DNA from: Chiloscyllium plagiosum
Taxonomy: Eukaryota
Reading direction: 5' to 3'
Length of the DNA: 64,000 nt
Assembly: GCF_004010195.1 (NCBI RefSeq)
Contig: NC_057719.1
Location: 83,866,388 to 83,930,387 of the forward strand
Shown: positions 13,530 to 26,857 of the stretch, one piece after another
Position numbering within the stretch: the stretch's first letter is position 1
Layout of the letters: every line of letters starts with the position of its first letter
Notes under the pieces: generated by a model
Seen by the model: only the letters and a program-made list of their open reading frames with translations
Told to the model about the DNA's origin: nothing
The model's database searches: none
Translations under genes and position numbers: made by a program

Positions 13530-13795
13530 GCAATGTATTGACTATTCAGAGTCAACCTTCCTAGTTTAAAATCTGAACATTACTTGGCAATTAACTGTCA
13601 ATCATTAACAGCTGCATTCTCTGTGGCAATATCTCTACCGATCAGAATCCATTTGCCAACCAATCAGCACTGTCATACACTATAAATATTAGTTTTCCCC
13701 TTTATCAGTACTCTTGCGAACTAATCTGAGTGCAAGATGAAAAGCTTCCAATAAAATTACTCTTTTTTTTAATCCCAGCAATACTCAATTTATAT
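13530..13795 (+). mobile_element. Penelope-like element 3'/pLTR remnant
   Basis: Contains ccaatcag and tataaa followed by a decayed hammerhead-like ctga..gtgcaagatgaaaagctt. Confidence 0.45.
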
Positions 13796-14049
13796 TAGAC
13801 CAACTTTTGATAAACAAAATTTTAAAGAAACTAGTCTAAATGTGGAATCTTTGTATTTACTTGCTACTAAACACCCCCTTGCAATGCTTACAGAAATTTG
13901 GAAGACTTTTTGAAAACTTGAAATCAAATTCTTTGATCCAATGTTTTTGTCTCCTTTTTAACATGCTCCCCTGTATTGCCTCAGGGTGTATTTCTGTCAA
14001 ATTGCCCCTCTGCAAAGCTTTAGCACAGCTCTTTTACACGGTAGCACAC

Positions 14050-14385
14050 CTAACACACGAACACCATCTCATTAAAGATCTATGATCTTCTAATTCTGGT
14101 CTTTTGCATATTCCCCCATTTCCACTGCTCCAACCTCTCTGGTAGCTAGGTCCTTCAACTGCCTAGATCTTAAGGTCTAGAAATTCCTCCCTACAACTCT
14201 CCACTTCTGTACCTCTCTCCTCTCTGCTTCTCTATAAAACTCCCTAAACCTAACTCTTTGATCAGCAACTATCCTCAGTTTCCTTTTGTGGCACTGTGTC
14301 AAATCTTTTTCTAATTACAGTCCTCTCAATTGCCTTAGGACATATTGGTGTGTTAAAGGTGCCATACGTATGCAAGTTTCTGCTG
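14050..14385 (+). mobile_element. L2-like 3' end
   Basis: Reads ttcaactgcctagatcttaaggtctagaaattcctccc...gttaaaggtgccata..tgcaagt. Confidence 0.65.
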
Positions 14386-14644
14386 TAAATCATTCAGGTT
14401 TGGAGTGAGCTATCTCCTATTTCACAATGTGTCAAGGGACATGTACGAGGCTTAAACCTGCTCTTTCTCATTCACTGCTCATATTATGGCCAAATAGAAT
14501 TGAGATCACGACTGCTAATTCTCAACTATCTCAGAAATCACTACCAATGAACCAGCATCATCAGCATCTCAAAGTTCCTCCTTGCCTGCACTTTCCCATT
14601 ACCTCATCTGGAACAGTATTAATGGCTTACGTTTTAGGAATTAC

Positions 14645-15443
14645 GATCCAGATCAAGCCACTGGGAATAGCCTGGGAAACAGAGCGAAATTTGAAAAATA
14701 GATTACAACACTCTGGATTTTCTTCTGCAGAGAAACATACAGAGGTGACAAATTCCTCAAGCAGACTTCAGCGGTTTTAACATTGAAGCTTATTCAGCAG
14801 AGGGATTTTTGTTGAAAGATAGCACTAGATATTTCCAAGTAGAATGAATAGTTTGAAGCTTTTGTTCTGGAGTGCTCGAAGCCAATTTGATTCCAGGTCA
14901 ATCACTCGATGGCGCTAATTTGTAGGTCTGTCCTTAGGGCGGCACGGTGGCACAGTGGTTAGCACTGCTGCTTCACAGCGCCAGAGACCTGGGTTCAATT
15001 CCCGCCTCAGGCGACTGACTGTGTGGAGTTTGCACATTCTCCCAGTGTCTGCGTGGGTTTCCTCCGGGTGCTCTGGTTTCCTCCCACAGTCACAAAGATG
15101 TGCAGGTTAGGTGAATTGGCCATGCTAAATTGTCCATAGTGTTAGGTAGATGATCCAGATCAAGCCACTGGGAATAGCGTGGGAAACAGAGCGAAATTTG
15201 AAAAATAGATTACAACACTCTGGATTTTCTTCTGCAGAGAAACACACAGAGGTGACAAATTCCTCAAGCAGACTTCAGCGGTTTTAACATTGAAGCTTAT
15301 TCAGCAGAGGGATTTTTGTTGAAAGATAGCACTAGATATTTCCAAGTAGAATGAATAGTTTGAAGCTTTTGTTCTGGAGTGCTCGAAGCCAGTTTGATTC
15401 CAGGTCAATCACTCGATGGCGCTAATTTGTAGGTCTGTCCTTA
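14645..15443 (+). repeat. 292-bp direct duplication (14645-14936 and 15152-15443) flanking a tailless HE1 SINE
   Basis: The copies align at offset 507 with 3 substitutions that I could see. Confidence 0.97.
14937..15151 (+). mobile_element. HE1 V-SINE with intact 5' end, 3'-truncated
   Basis: Has the gggcggcacggtggcacagtggttagc head and the V-domain, then stops at gtgttaggtagat. Confidence 0.93.
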
Positions 15444-15444
15444 A

Positions 15445-15770
15445 CAACAACATGGATTCATATAGCGCCTTTACTAAGTAAACATCTCAAGCTGCTTCAC
15501 TGGAGCGTCATCGAGAAAATATTGGCATTGAAGCCATCCAGGAGATACTGAGGCATATGTCTCTCTGACCACATCTGGATTTAGGGTTTAAGGAGCAGCT
15601 GAAATTCAGAGATGTTTATGGAAGAAATTGCAGATCTTAGGGCCTACCCAGCTTCGGCAGTGTTGGTGCAATAAGAAGCAGGGAAGTTGAAGATGTCAGA
15701 GAATTTGAGGGTCACAGTAACAGCAAATAGTTACAGGGTTGGAGGAGTACAGTACAGAGAGGGCAAAGTC
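15445..15770 (-). mobile_element. L2-like 3' end
   Basis: Tail ttcatatagcgccttt followed by gaaattgcagatcttagggccta. Confidence 0.6.
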
Positions 15771-16354
15771 AAGTGCAGGTTGAACACAAAAAGGAGGATA
15801 AATTTATATATTGTATACTGCTCAACATGTCACAGTTAGTAATAGGTTTTCCCACCCCACTGAATTTATTCCCATTCAGAACAATATAAACTTGAAGCCA
15901 AGTTACTAAAGTACATGGAGTTTCAGCATACATTTCTCTGTTATCAAGATGTGCCAAACGTTCTCTTCTCTTATTTGGATCTCCAGTGTTATAAGCTGAA
16001 TGCATACTCTCAAGGACAGTTAGACTTACAACAACATTCCATGACTGTTGTAAATTTGACCAGTCTGTGGATGCAAGATCTTTTAATTTGTTGTGTTAAT
16101 TAAAAATAACAGGCAAAATGATTCACTATTTTGTGATTTCTTTTGCATTTGTTAGATGACTGATGAAGTTGTTTGATTAGTTCAAAAGTAATTTTTGTGC
16201 AAACTGCTGAACATTTGTTGATTCAGTTGGAGACCATTTGGCTAATTGTGCAGCGTAAGCTCCATTAACCCTAATCCCAGCTTCTTCTGCTTTCTTCTAC
16301 TCTATGATATAAGGAATGTGACTTATATGTATGTCTGAATATCCACTTACAAAC

Positions 16355-16520
16355 CAGAAGAAGTGGTGAATGCAGGTATGGTTAAAACATTTCAAAGACA
16401 TTTGGACTGGGACATGAACAGGAAAGGCTTACAGGGATTTGGGCCAAATGCAGGCAAAATGGGACTAGTTTAGTTTGGGAAACTTGGTTGGCATGGATGA
16501 GTTGAATCGATGGGTCTGTT
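16355..16520 (+). mobile_element. HER1/CR1 3' end
   Basis: EEVVNAG...FQRHLD followed by the tail ggtctgtttcc..gctgtatgactcta. Confidence 0.8.
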
Positions 16521-16889
16521 TCCAGGCTGTATGACTCTAAATACAATTTATTTGAGAGTTTGGGTTTTGAATTTGTGGCATGTGGGTTTTGGTCTGTGTA
16601 TATGGAAGAGCTTAATCATTAACTTGCCAGAATTCCTGGAGCTATTATATTTTTTAAATTAGTGTGGGAGAGAGAGAACTCCTGGGTGACAATGGGAATT
16701 TGTTTGTATTAGAAGAGTTTTACAAGTCTACAGATTGAACACAGAAAAGCATTTGTTTGCTTTCAATGAGAAGGATCAGGAATTGATTTTTATTTTAACT
16801 TCGGGATCAATTTTAACAGTGAAAGAAATCAGCAGCTAACCAGAACTTTAAGACAGTCAGGGGACAGAGATGAGTGTAGTGGCCACCAG

Positions 16890-17420
16890 GAAGGAGAAGC
16901 TGCCGGGGAAGCTGAAAGATCTGAAGGTGGATAAGTGATCTGGACCAGATAGACTACACCCCAGAGTTATGAACGAGCCAGCTGAGGAGATTGTGGAGAC
17001 ATTGGTGGTGATCCTTCAGAAATCCCTGGAATCAGAGAGGTGCAAAACATATAGAGGTTTATAAAATCATGAGGGGCATGGATAGGATAAATAGATAAAG
17101 TTTCTTCCCTGGGGTGGGAGAGTCCAGAACTAGAGGGCATAGGTTTAGGGTGAGAGGGGAAAGATATAAAAGAGACCTAAGGGGAATCTTTTTCACACAG
17201 AGGGTGGTATGTGTATGGAATGAGCTCCCAGAGGAAGTGGTGGAGGCTGGTACAAGTACAGCATTTAAAAGGCACCTGGATGGGTATATGAATAGGAAGG
17301 GTTTGGAGGGATATGGACCGGGTACTGGTAGGGGGGACTAGATTGGGTTGGGATATCTGGTTTGCATGGATGAGTTGGACCGAAGGGTCTGTTTCCGTGC
17401 TGTACGTCTCTATGACTTTA
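16890..17420 (+). mobile_element. CR1 RT fragment (16890-17040) joined to a HER1 3' end (17050-17420)
   Basis: GPD.LHPRV-type motif, then the ORF2 C-terminus ESRTRGHRFRVRGERYKRDLRG..FFTQRVV..WNELP. Confidence 0.88.
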
Positions 17421-17461
17421 TAACATAAACACACATGCACAAACATAAACACACATATTCT

Positions 17462-17793
17462 GGGCAGCGTGGTGGCTCAATGGTTAGCACTTCAGCCTCA
17501 CAGTGCCAGGGATCCGGGTTCGATTCTACCCTTGCGTGACTGGAGTTTGCATGTTCTCCCCGTGGGTTTCCGCTGGGTCTCTAGTTTCCTTCCACAGTCC
17601 AAAGATGTGCAGGTTAGGTGGATTGGCCATGCTATATTGTCCATAGTGTTCAGGGATCTGTAGGCGAGATAGCCATGGGAAATTTATGGCTATAGGGAGG
17701 CGGAGGAGTTAGGTCTGGGTGGGATGCTCTTTGGAGGGTTGGTGTGGACTCATTGGGCTGTATGGCCCACTTCTACATTGTAGGGATTCTATG
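17462..17793 (+). mobile_element. HE1 V-SINE (older type, gggattctatg tail)
   Basis: tRNA-like head, V-domain and HER1-like tail. Confidence 0.9.
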
Positions 17794-18209
17794 ATATTCT
17801 CTCTCCCATATATATGGACAGATGCAAACACATATGACAAACAAATATACGTGTGCAAGCTGATATTAATGCTTAGGCAAGCTACATACGCAAACACAAA
17901 TAATTGCTACTACACACGCAGACACAGAAACAACCGTGCAAACAGAGATGCCACACTGACACACATGCATGATTGCTATAACAGACAGAGAAAGGCTCAT
18001 GTGCCCATGCATACTGCCACAGCCAACATGCATCTAAACATAAACAGTCTCGAAGTGGCCAGGCTGTAACAACAGATGTTATTTCCCGATCCAAGCATAA
18101 TGCTTTCCGGCAGCCAGGGAACAACCTCTACTCCCAGTAAGTCATTGCAGACAGCTAGACTGCAACCTGCCGGAAAAAAATAAAGCAGAGAAGAGAAGCG
18201 CTGGCACAC

Positions 18210-18400
18210 CGTTCTGGAATTCCCTGCCTAAAACGCTCGACTTCACTGTTTCCCTTTACAATGTCCCTTTAAACCTACCTCTATGGCTAATTCTTGGTCA
18301 CCTTTATTATGCCTCTTTATGTGGCCCAATAACAAATTTTAGTTCCTGTGAAGTGCTTTGGTATATTTTACTATGTTGGTGGCACTTTATAAATATAAAT
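18210..18400 (+). mobile_element. L2-like 3' end
   Basis: Reads ctggaattccctgcctaaa...aaacctacctct...gtgaagtgctttgg. Confidence 0.6.
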
Positions 18401-19299
18401 AGCCGTTGCAAAAAGAAGACAGTGTGCACTGTGTGTTTTTCCTTCCAAGATGACCCACGCGGGCCAACTCCATGAAGCTGCAACTATCAGCTGCGTTCTG
18501 CTTGAGCTGAGTACAGTAAACAACAAGCTCTCTCCATTCTCCCCGCCAACCCCCACACCCTCCCATTGCACACACCATCTGAGCCCAGTTTCTGTATAAA
18601 AACTTCACTCAGTATCTTATGTTAAGCACAGACCATCTAAAGGCTCTTTGATGTGGCCTTTATCTCCCTTTACAAAAACAGCGGAAATGTTTTGATGCAC
18701 ATGGAAGTCGTAACTTAATTTTCCTTTTGACAACTAAATCTTACAGCGCCAAAGTAATCTGCACTAGATATAAGTTACACCCATGTTCCCCCACCCCACC
18801 CCACCCCAAGGGATCACTAGGTTACTGTTTTGCAGAGCATGTAGGTCTGATTTAGTTGCTGATCTCTGGTAGTACAATAACAGGCGCTCTGCATCTACTC
18901 TCAGTATTGTGGGACTGGAAGAATATGAGGAATTAGCCAGGGATCTATACGTCAATCACTCACTAGCACCTACCGCATGGGATTGCAGGTGGGGAACCAG
19001 TATTCAAAGGAAGCTGGTCTCTGTACTGTGGCCAGCAAAATTTAATACCTTCAGGAGAGGTAAATGACAAACTAATTCATGTACAGTCTGCAACTTCACC
19101 GACAGTAATCTGCAAGTAGCCAGCTTTCACTCCCAGGCTCAGTGAGTCTCAGTTAGGGCAACAGCAGAATTTACTTCTGTTGGGCTATAAGGTGAGCTAA
19201 GTACAAACTGGCTGAGGGTCCCATTCTGGATCTGGAAATTGTCAGCGTGAGAGAGTCTGTGCCCGTACATTGGATAAGGGGAGGATTGAGTTTACTTAA

Positions 19300-19598
19300 A
19301 TACTACAGGAGAGAACAGGAGTAAAGGAAAGGGAGAAAAAGAGAGGACAGAAATGGAGAAAGGAAGAGAAAGAGAATACATCAACAAAGAGTGAGGAAGG
19401 GAGAGAGAAAAAGAGAAAAGAAAAAGAGAAAGGCAGAGGGAGGAAAGAGCATGAGAGAGAACAAACAAACTAAAGACACGTAGTACAAAATAATAAAAGA
19501 ACAAAAGAAAGAATCGAAGCAAGACAGATAAAGACAATGAAAGAAATAAAAAGAGAGGGAGAGGGAGAGAGAGAATGAGAGAAAGAAAGAGGGAATGA
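19300..19598. repeat. GA-rich low-complexity tract
   Basis: Strongly purine-biased on the + strand. Confidence 0.9.
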
Positions 19599-19719
19599 AA
19601 TCCCAACCCTGGAGCAAGGTTTCCCGGTTAGTTATAATTAAGTACAAAGTAATGGTTGCAGACATGGTATCTCAAATCATTAAACTCCCAGGTGAGGGAT
19701 GAACTGGCTTCTGATTTTT

Positions 19720-21600
19720 ATTAGAATAAAGAACAATACAACGCAGGAACAGGCCCTTCAGCCCTCCAAGCCTGTGCCAACAAATTTTGCTGTTCCATAC
19801 TAAAACTGTCTTCATTTACAGGATCTGTATCCCTCGAGTCCCTTCCTCTTCATGTAGTCATCCAGGTGCTTCTTGAATGCTGCTATTGTGTCTACGTCCA
19901 CTACCCCCTCTGGCAACATCTTCCAGGCACTCACCATCCTTTGTGTGAAACATTTGCCTCACACATCTCTTTTAAACTCCCCCACCCATCCCTCACATCT
20001 TGACCCTGTGCCCCCTAGTAATTGACCCCTCCACCCTGGGAAAAAGCCTTATACTTTCCATTCTATCCATGCTATTCACAATCTTATAAACTTTTAACAG
20101 CTGGACCCCACAACCTCCTGCGTTCAAGTGAAAACAAACCCAGATCTATCCAACCTTTTTTCTAAGCTAAAATTCCCCCCATATCGGGCAACATCCTGTT
20201 AAGCCTTTTCTGTATCCTCTCCAAAGCATCTACATCTTTCTGGTAGTGTGGTAACCAGAGCTGTACCCAATATTCCAAGTGTAGCCTAAAGTTCTAAAAA
20301 GCTGCAGCATAACTTATCTATCCTTATACTCAATGTCCCTTCCAATTGAGGCAAGCATGTCAAGGGCCTTTTTTACTACCTTTTCTACCTGCGCTTTGTC
20401 ACCTTCCGTGATCTGTAGACCTGCACATCAATGTTCATAAGGGTTCTGCCATTCACTGTATAAGTACCACCTGTACTTAACCTTCCAAAATGCAACATCT
20501 CACATTTGTCCGGATTAAACTCCATTTGCTATTTCTCTGCCCATGCCTCCAAATGATCTGCACCCTGCTCTATCCTCTGACAATCCACCTCAGTATCCAT
20601 AACTCTGCCAATCTTAGTATTGTCCGTAAACTTATTAATTAGACCAGCTACGTTTTTCTCCAATTCATTTATGTAGATCACAAACAGCAGAGGTCCCAGG
20701 ACTGATCCCCTGTGGAGCACCACTAGTCACAACCCTCCACTCCGAAAAGCATCCTTCCACAATATTCTGGGATAGATTCCATCAGGATCCAGGGACTTAT
20801 CTACCATAATAGTTTTTAAGACGCACAACACCTCTTCCCTTTTAACAGCAACTTGGCTTAGAAACTCCACACTCGCTTCCTCAAGATCATCCTCCACCAA
20901 TTCCTTCTCTTCAGTGAATGCCAACACAAAGTATTCGTTTAGGGCCTCACCTAACTCTTCTGGCTCCACACGTAGTTGCCCTGCTTTGTCCTTGAGTGGG
21001 CCAACTCTTTTCCTGGCTACCCTCTTGCTTTTTATATATGTATAAAAAGCCTTGGGCTTCTCCTTAATCCTGTTTGCTAATGACTTTTCATGATCCCTTT
21101 CAGCCTTACTAATTCCATGTTTAAGTTCTTTCCTCATATTCTTCAAGGGCTTTGTCAGTTCCCATCCTCATATGCTTCCTTTTCCTTTTTGACCAAGGTC
21201 AAATCCCAGGTCATCCAAAGTTCATGTGAGTTATCACACCTATCCTTCATTCTCGCAGGAACATGCCACTCCTGAACTCTTATCAACTGCCGTTTGAAAT
21301 AGATTTACCCTTGAACAGCCACCTCCAAACAACATTCTCCAGTTCCTGCCTAATATTGTTGTGGTTCACCTTACCCCAGTTTAACACGTTTCCATCTGAG
21401 GACTGCTGTTGTCCCTACCCATGAGTACTTTAAAACTCATGGTATTATGGTCACTACTCCCAAAATGCTCCCTCACTGAAACTTCACTCACCTGGCCAGG
21501 CTCATTTCCCAAAACCAGTTCCAATATAACCCCTTCCCTGATTGGACTGCTTACATACAGTGTAAAGAAACCCTCCTGAATGGTCCTTACAAATTATGCC
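19720..21600 (-). mobile_element. CR1 ORF2 remnant with an internal deletion near 20755
   Basis: IKEKPKAFYTYIKSKR...PDGIYPRIL is joined directly to the region before GSVLGPLLFVIYIN; the 3' tail is at 19720. Confidence 0.9.
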
Positions 21601-22299
21601 CACTGAGATGGTTAAAACAAGCATATAATGTAGTAGAATACTAATGTAGCATACAATACTAATATATAACTAATATTGTATTCTTTCTGTTTTGGATACC
21701 TTTATGCCAAACTCAAATGATCTTTTGCTTTAAAAGGTGCAAATTTAACCAAGCCTTCCTGAGCTAACAAAAAGATTAAGTTTATTAATTACTGTACATG
21801 AGAACAATTAGTAATGCAACATACATTCGCACATGGGAAGGTTCAGGCTCACTAGCACATTCCAGTAGAGTTGAAACTAGCTTTTTAACCCCTCTCCTTG
21901 CATATCCTTCAAATAGAAAACACTTTGAAGTTGAGCTTGCTGTTGAGCATCTCCTTGTCTTAGTGGTCATGAGAGATGAAATGTGTTGCTGGAAAAGCAT
22001 GAGAGATCACAGGTCCTGTCTCTGTTGATTTGACTTTTCCGCCTTTGAAGAATTGTTGTTTGAAGTTCTTTTCGCATCTTTAGGTGTGACATTCCACAGC
22101 TTTCTCTATCCAGATGACTACTTAATTTATAGTTGCAGCCATTTTAGGTTATACCAGCTATCTTAAAAAAATACATTTTTAAAGTACAAGTTAAAAATGT
22201 CCATAATACTTCGGGGTTCTGACCCATGGCCATGACAAGAGAGAAAAAAATAAGGAAACAAAGAAAGAGGGGAAAAAAATGTGAAACAAAGAATAAAAG

Positions 22300-22806
22300 A
22301 ACTTTGGAATACTATGTTCAACTCTGGTCACCCTTCTACAGGAAGGATGTGCTTAAACTTGAGAGAGATCAAAAAGGATTTACAGGGATGTAGCCGGGAC
22401 TCAAGGGTTTGAGCTATAGGGATAGACTGAATACACTGGAGCTTTGTTCTCTGGAGGGTCAGAGGCTGAGGAGTGACCTTATAGAAGTTTATAAAATCAT
22501 GAGGGGCCTGGATAGGGTGACTAGCCAAGGTCTTTTTCTTACTGTGCAGGAGTCCAAAATTAGAGGGCATAAGTTTAAGGTAAAAGGGTGGTGTGCGTAT
22601 GGAATGAACTGCCAGAGGATTTGGTGGAGGAGGGTACAATTACAACATTTAAAAGAAATCTGGAGGGGTATATGAATAGGAAGGGTTTAGAGGAATATGA
22701 ACTAAATGCTGGCAAATGGGACGAGGTCAGATTAGGATGTTTGGTCAGTGAGGATGAGTTGGACCAAAGAGTCTGTTTCCGTGCTGTAGATCTCCATAAC
22801 TCTATA
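22300..22806 (+). mobile_element. HER1/CR1 3' portion
   Basis: LSYRDRLNTLELCSLE.QRLRSDLIEVYKIMRG, then WNELPE and the tail. Confidence 0.9.
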
Positions 22807-23042
22807 ACAAAGGAATAAGGGAAAGAGAAGAAAGGGAAAAACACAATACCAAGAGAAGGAGAGAATAAATGGAGACAGAAAGAACTAAATACAAAATGGA
22901 AGTGAGGGTGGAAAGAAAGAGTAATACAGACAGCAAGGGAGAAGGAAGGAAGAAAGACAGAAAGGAAGAAAAAAGGAAGAAAGCAAAAGAAAGATAAAAA
23001 GTGAGAGAGAGTACCAAAGAAAGAATGCAAGAAAGAAAGAGA
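22806..23042. repeat. GA-rich low-complexity tract
   Basis: Degenerate (GAAA)n. Confidence 0.9.
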
Positions 23043-24427
23043 TAATCTGTGCAAGTTTAATAAAACCATTTCATAGACACGAAAGCTAACATCTGAAAAA
23101 GCAATATAGAACTTTTCAGCTAGACTACTCACATTACCACTGTGCATTCATACTATTGAAATATCTTCTCCAATATCTTGGTATACTCATTGTCCTAGTC
23201 TAGATCATGATGGGAGCAGCAAAAGCCATCAACAAAATAGGAGAATGGAGTCATATGCTGGGTAGACCAATTGGGGTGGTAGGTTCCTTTCCCCAAAAGA
23301 TATTAATGGTGCAAGTGGATTTCTGCGATAATGATGATTCTTTTTACTCCCAGTATCAGCCACCAGATTTAACTAAATTTCATTCTACAATTTATTTGGG
23401 TGGAATATAAATGGAAGACATTTAGGTTGCCAGTCCAGTATTATTACTGGACAAATCAAGCTTTGTCTGATTAAGCCCTGGTGTTATAAACAAGAAAATA
23501 GCTGTATTTAAATAGAGTACAATTACCAGAAACCTATAGGTTATCCATTGATTGTGCATATCCACACTTACCCTGGGGATTAAAGTGATCTTTGTTCAAT
23601 CACTCTAAGGAATCACATCACTTTCTAGAATCTGAGATACATTTCTGTCCTCTCAGTCTGGGGATCATGCATTGCCACATTCCGATATGTGGAAATCACC
23701 ACACTTCCGATGTGCAATGTATTGATCAGAACAAAGTAAAATTCATTTTAAATACAATAACACAGAAGTTAAAGGAATAGACATCAGCTCACTTGATTTT
23801 CATAGCGCTCATTCCTTCAGCTAGTTTTCCACTGTGTGACCCTTGCTGAGGGAATGTTCAATTGTAATAAATCCAGCATCTCACAGCCAAACTCCACCTT
23901 ATCTTCATGTATGAACCACATGCAGTGGGGATATTTCCCCTTACCCCACTGTCATAACTGTAGATCACAGCTCCAATCACCTATGGACATACTGAACTGC
24001 AACATCAGCTTTATTTACAATGGGGAATACAGTCAAATGATGATTCTGGGTGGCAATTCAGTGGCTGTCTGGGGAAGAACCCTCGATTGTCATATGTATA
24101 CAGTCAGGAAACCTTCAAAATAGAAAGACTAAAAGGGGAGAGATAATGAGAGGCTGAATACACAAACCTCTCTCAGCAGGAGGCATCTCCTGCAGACATG
24201 TCTGTCTTCTAATCTTTCTGGTATATACCAGAAAAAGGTATCAAAGCAAGTTTCAATCCTAGTTTGTATGTATTAGTGGACTGATAGCTTAGAGTGTGCT
24301 GTGAAAGTTACAATTTGAGACCAGCAGGTAAGGAAAGAGGCTCTCTTTCACCCTGAGTGCTGCTGTTGAAAGGAGCCAGCACAGAAGGACTTAAATCACA
24401 CTCTAAAGGAATTTTGCAATGATGGAC

Positions 24428-24753
24428 CTGTGACTCAGTAGTTAGCAGTGCTGCCTCACAGTGCCAGGGAGCTGGATTCAATTCCACTCTCGGGCAACTG
24501 TGTGCAGTTTGCACATTCTCCCAGTGTCTGTGTGGGTTTCCTCTGGTTTTCTCCCACAGTCCAAAGATGGGCAAGTTAGGTAAATTGTCCATGTTAAATT
24601 GCCCATAGGTTTCAGGTATGTACAGGCTGGGTGGATTAGCCATGGTAAATGCAGGATTACAGGGATGGAGGTGGGTCGAGGTGTGATGGTCTTTGGAGGG
24701 TCAGTGTGGACCTGATGGGCCAAATGGCCTGCTCCACATTTCAGGAATTCTAT
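24428..24753 (+). mobile_element. HE1 V-SINE (diverged)
   Basis: Head, V-domain and tail are all recognisable. Confidence 0.88.
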
Positions 24754-24757
24754 GAGT

Positions 24758-26840
24758 ACATAAGACCAGGAGTGGGCAATTCAGCCACTTGAGCCATTCT
24801 ACCATTTAATATAATCATGGGCTGATCGCACTTTGGCCTCCATTATACTTTCCTGCTCACTCCCATAAACCTTTAAACTGTTACTAATTAAAAGTCCATC
24901 ACCCCTTTAAATTTATTCCATATCCCAGTGCCCACCGCTTGTTAGGATAGTGAATTCCACATCTTCTCTCATCCTACTAAACTGGAGTGAATATTAGCCT
25001 AAACTGCTCAATCCCTTCTCATAAGAACAAGCATTTAATCTCTTGAATCAAACTAGTGAAACTCTGGTGAATTGCCTCCAATGTGAAGCCTTCCTCAAGT
25101 AAAGGGAACAGAAGCGTACGCAGTACTCCAGATGCTGCCTCACCAATACCACTTGGAATTGGAACACTTCTCTGCTCTTACACTCCATTCTTTCATTTGC
25201 CCTCCTGATTACTTGCTGTACCTGTATACTAGCGTTCTGTGACTCATATACGAGGATACTCACATCCCTTTGCAGCAAAGCATTTTGATGTTTCTCTCCA
25301 TTTAAATAATAAATTGTCTTTTCATTCTTCTGACCAATTTGGGTAACTTCAAACTTATCCATGTTAAACTCCACCTGCCAACATATGGCCCAGTCACCTA
25401 ATCTCTTCATATCCAGTTGTACATTTCTTATTTCTTCATTACAACTTAATTTTGGTGTCATCTGCAAACCCGGCTAAAGTACATTCTCTCCCTGCATCCA
25501 AGTCATTAATATAGATTAGGGCCCAAGGACAAACCCTGTGAGAACCCCAGTAGTTAAGGCGTGCCAACCAGGAAAAGTCAGATTTATCCAGGCTCTCCGC
25601 TTTCTGTTGGTTAGTTAATTCTCTGTCCAAACTAATTTGTTACCCCTAACCCCATGCGATCTTACCTTGTATATTAACTTCTTGTGTGGCAACTTATCAA
25701 ATGCTTTCTGGAAATCAAGCTACGTACTACATTTACAGAATGCCTATTATTAATTTAATTTGTTACATCTTTGAAGAACTCTTAGCAAATTAGGCAAACG
25801 TGATTTATGCTTAATAACACCATACTGATTGCATTTTGACTTTCCAAATATTCAGTGACTACTTCTGTAATAATGGATTCCAACAATTTCCCAAGGACAG
25901 GTCTGTAGTTTCCTACTTTATGCCTCCTTCCCTTTCTGAATAACAGTGACACGTTAGCATTTTTCCAATCCACTGGAATCTTTCCCACACCTAGAGACAG
26001 TTGGAATATTATAACCAAATACATCCACTATCTCTGCCGCCACTTTCTTTAAGACCCTAGGAAGTAGGCCATCAACCCCTGGAGACTTGTCTGTCTTTAA
26101 TCCGAATAGTTTCCTAAGTACGTCTTCCCTCGTGATGGTGATTCCTCCTTTTCTGTAAGTTTGTACTATCTGTTACTATTAGGATATCGGTATCCTCCAC
26201 CACAAAAACTGAGGCAAAAGTCTCTGCCATATCTGTGTGCCCCCCTATCAACTCCCCAGTCTTGTCCTTTAAGGGACCAATGTTCAATTTAACTACTCTC
26301 CTCCTTTCATATACTTATAGAAGCTTTTGCTATCCATTTTTAAACTGCGCTAATTTTCTTTCACAATTGCCTTTTGCTCCTTCATTTTTTTCAGTGACCC
26401 TTTGTTGGTCTTAAAATTTTCTCAATCTTCCACTGGCCATTGAAAAATGTTATGCCTTAGTTTTTGTTCATTGTTATCTTTAGCTTTCTTGTTTAGCCAT
26501 GGAATGTCTTTCCCCATGTCTCTTACAAACTTTCTTTCTCCCTAGAAGATATTTTACCTGGAATGAATTGAATATCTCCTTAAATGTAACTGCTGTCCTA
26601 CCTTTCAGTCTTTCTGCCAGTACACTGGAGCTCCTTTTGCCTATGTCATTACCTTTGTTTAACACCAGAGCATTAGGACAAGGTTTTTGTCCTCAAACTG
26701 AATTTAAAATTCCAGCATGCTATGATTACTCTTCCCCAGAGCAGCTTTCATGAGGAGATAATTAAGTAATCCCATCTCATTACACAATACTAGATCAAGA
26801 ATAGCCTGTTCTTTGGTTGGTTCCCCAAAACATTGTTAGA
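24758..26840 (-). mobile_element. Degraded CR1 ORF2 plus 3'UTR
   Basis: IPVDWKNANVSLLFRKG...GNYRPV, FADDTK, WQVEFN..K and HLEYCVRF motifs. Confidence 0.88.
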
Positions 26841-26857
26841 ACAAATACACTGTCCCA

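Noticed and set aside
17997..18170. Strong minus-strand acceptor with an open phase-1 frame as the next RAD51B exon
   Set aside because: The peptide (GCSLAVCNDLLG...) lacks the ALGNTWSH motif and runs into a TG-rich repeat.
19292..19665. Hydrophobic F/L/S-rich membrane-protein-like ORFs (also 22575-23147)
   Set aside because: Translations of CT-rich low-complexity DNA.
21785..22170. Coding-looking minus-strand stretch
   Set aside because: Stops in all frames even after removing the micro-insertion, and no recognisable homology.
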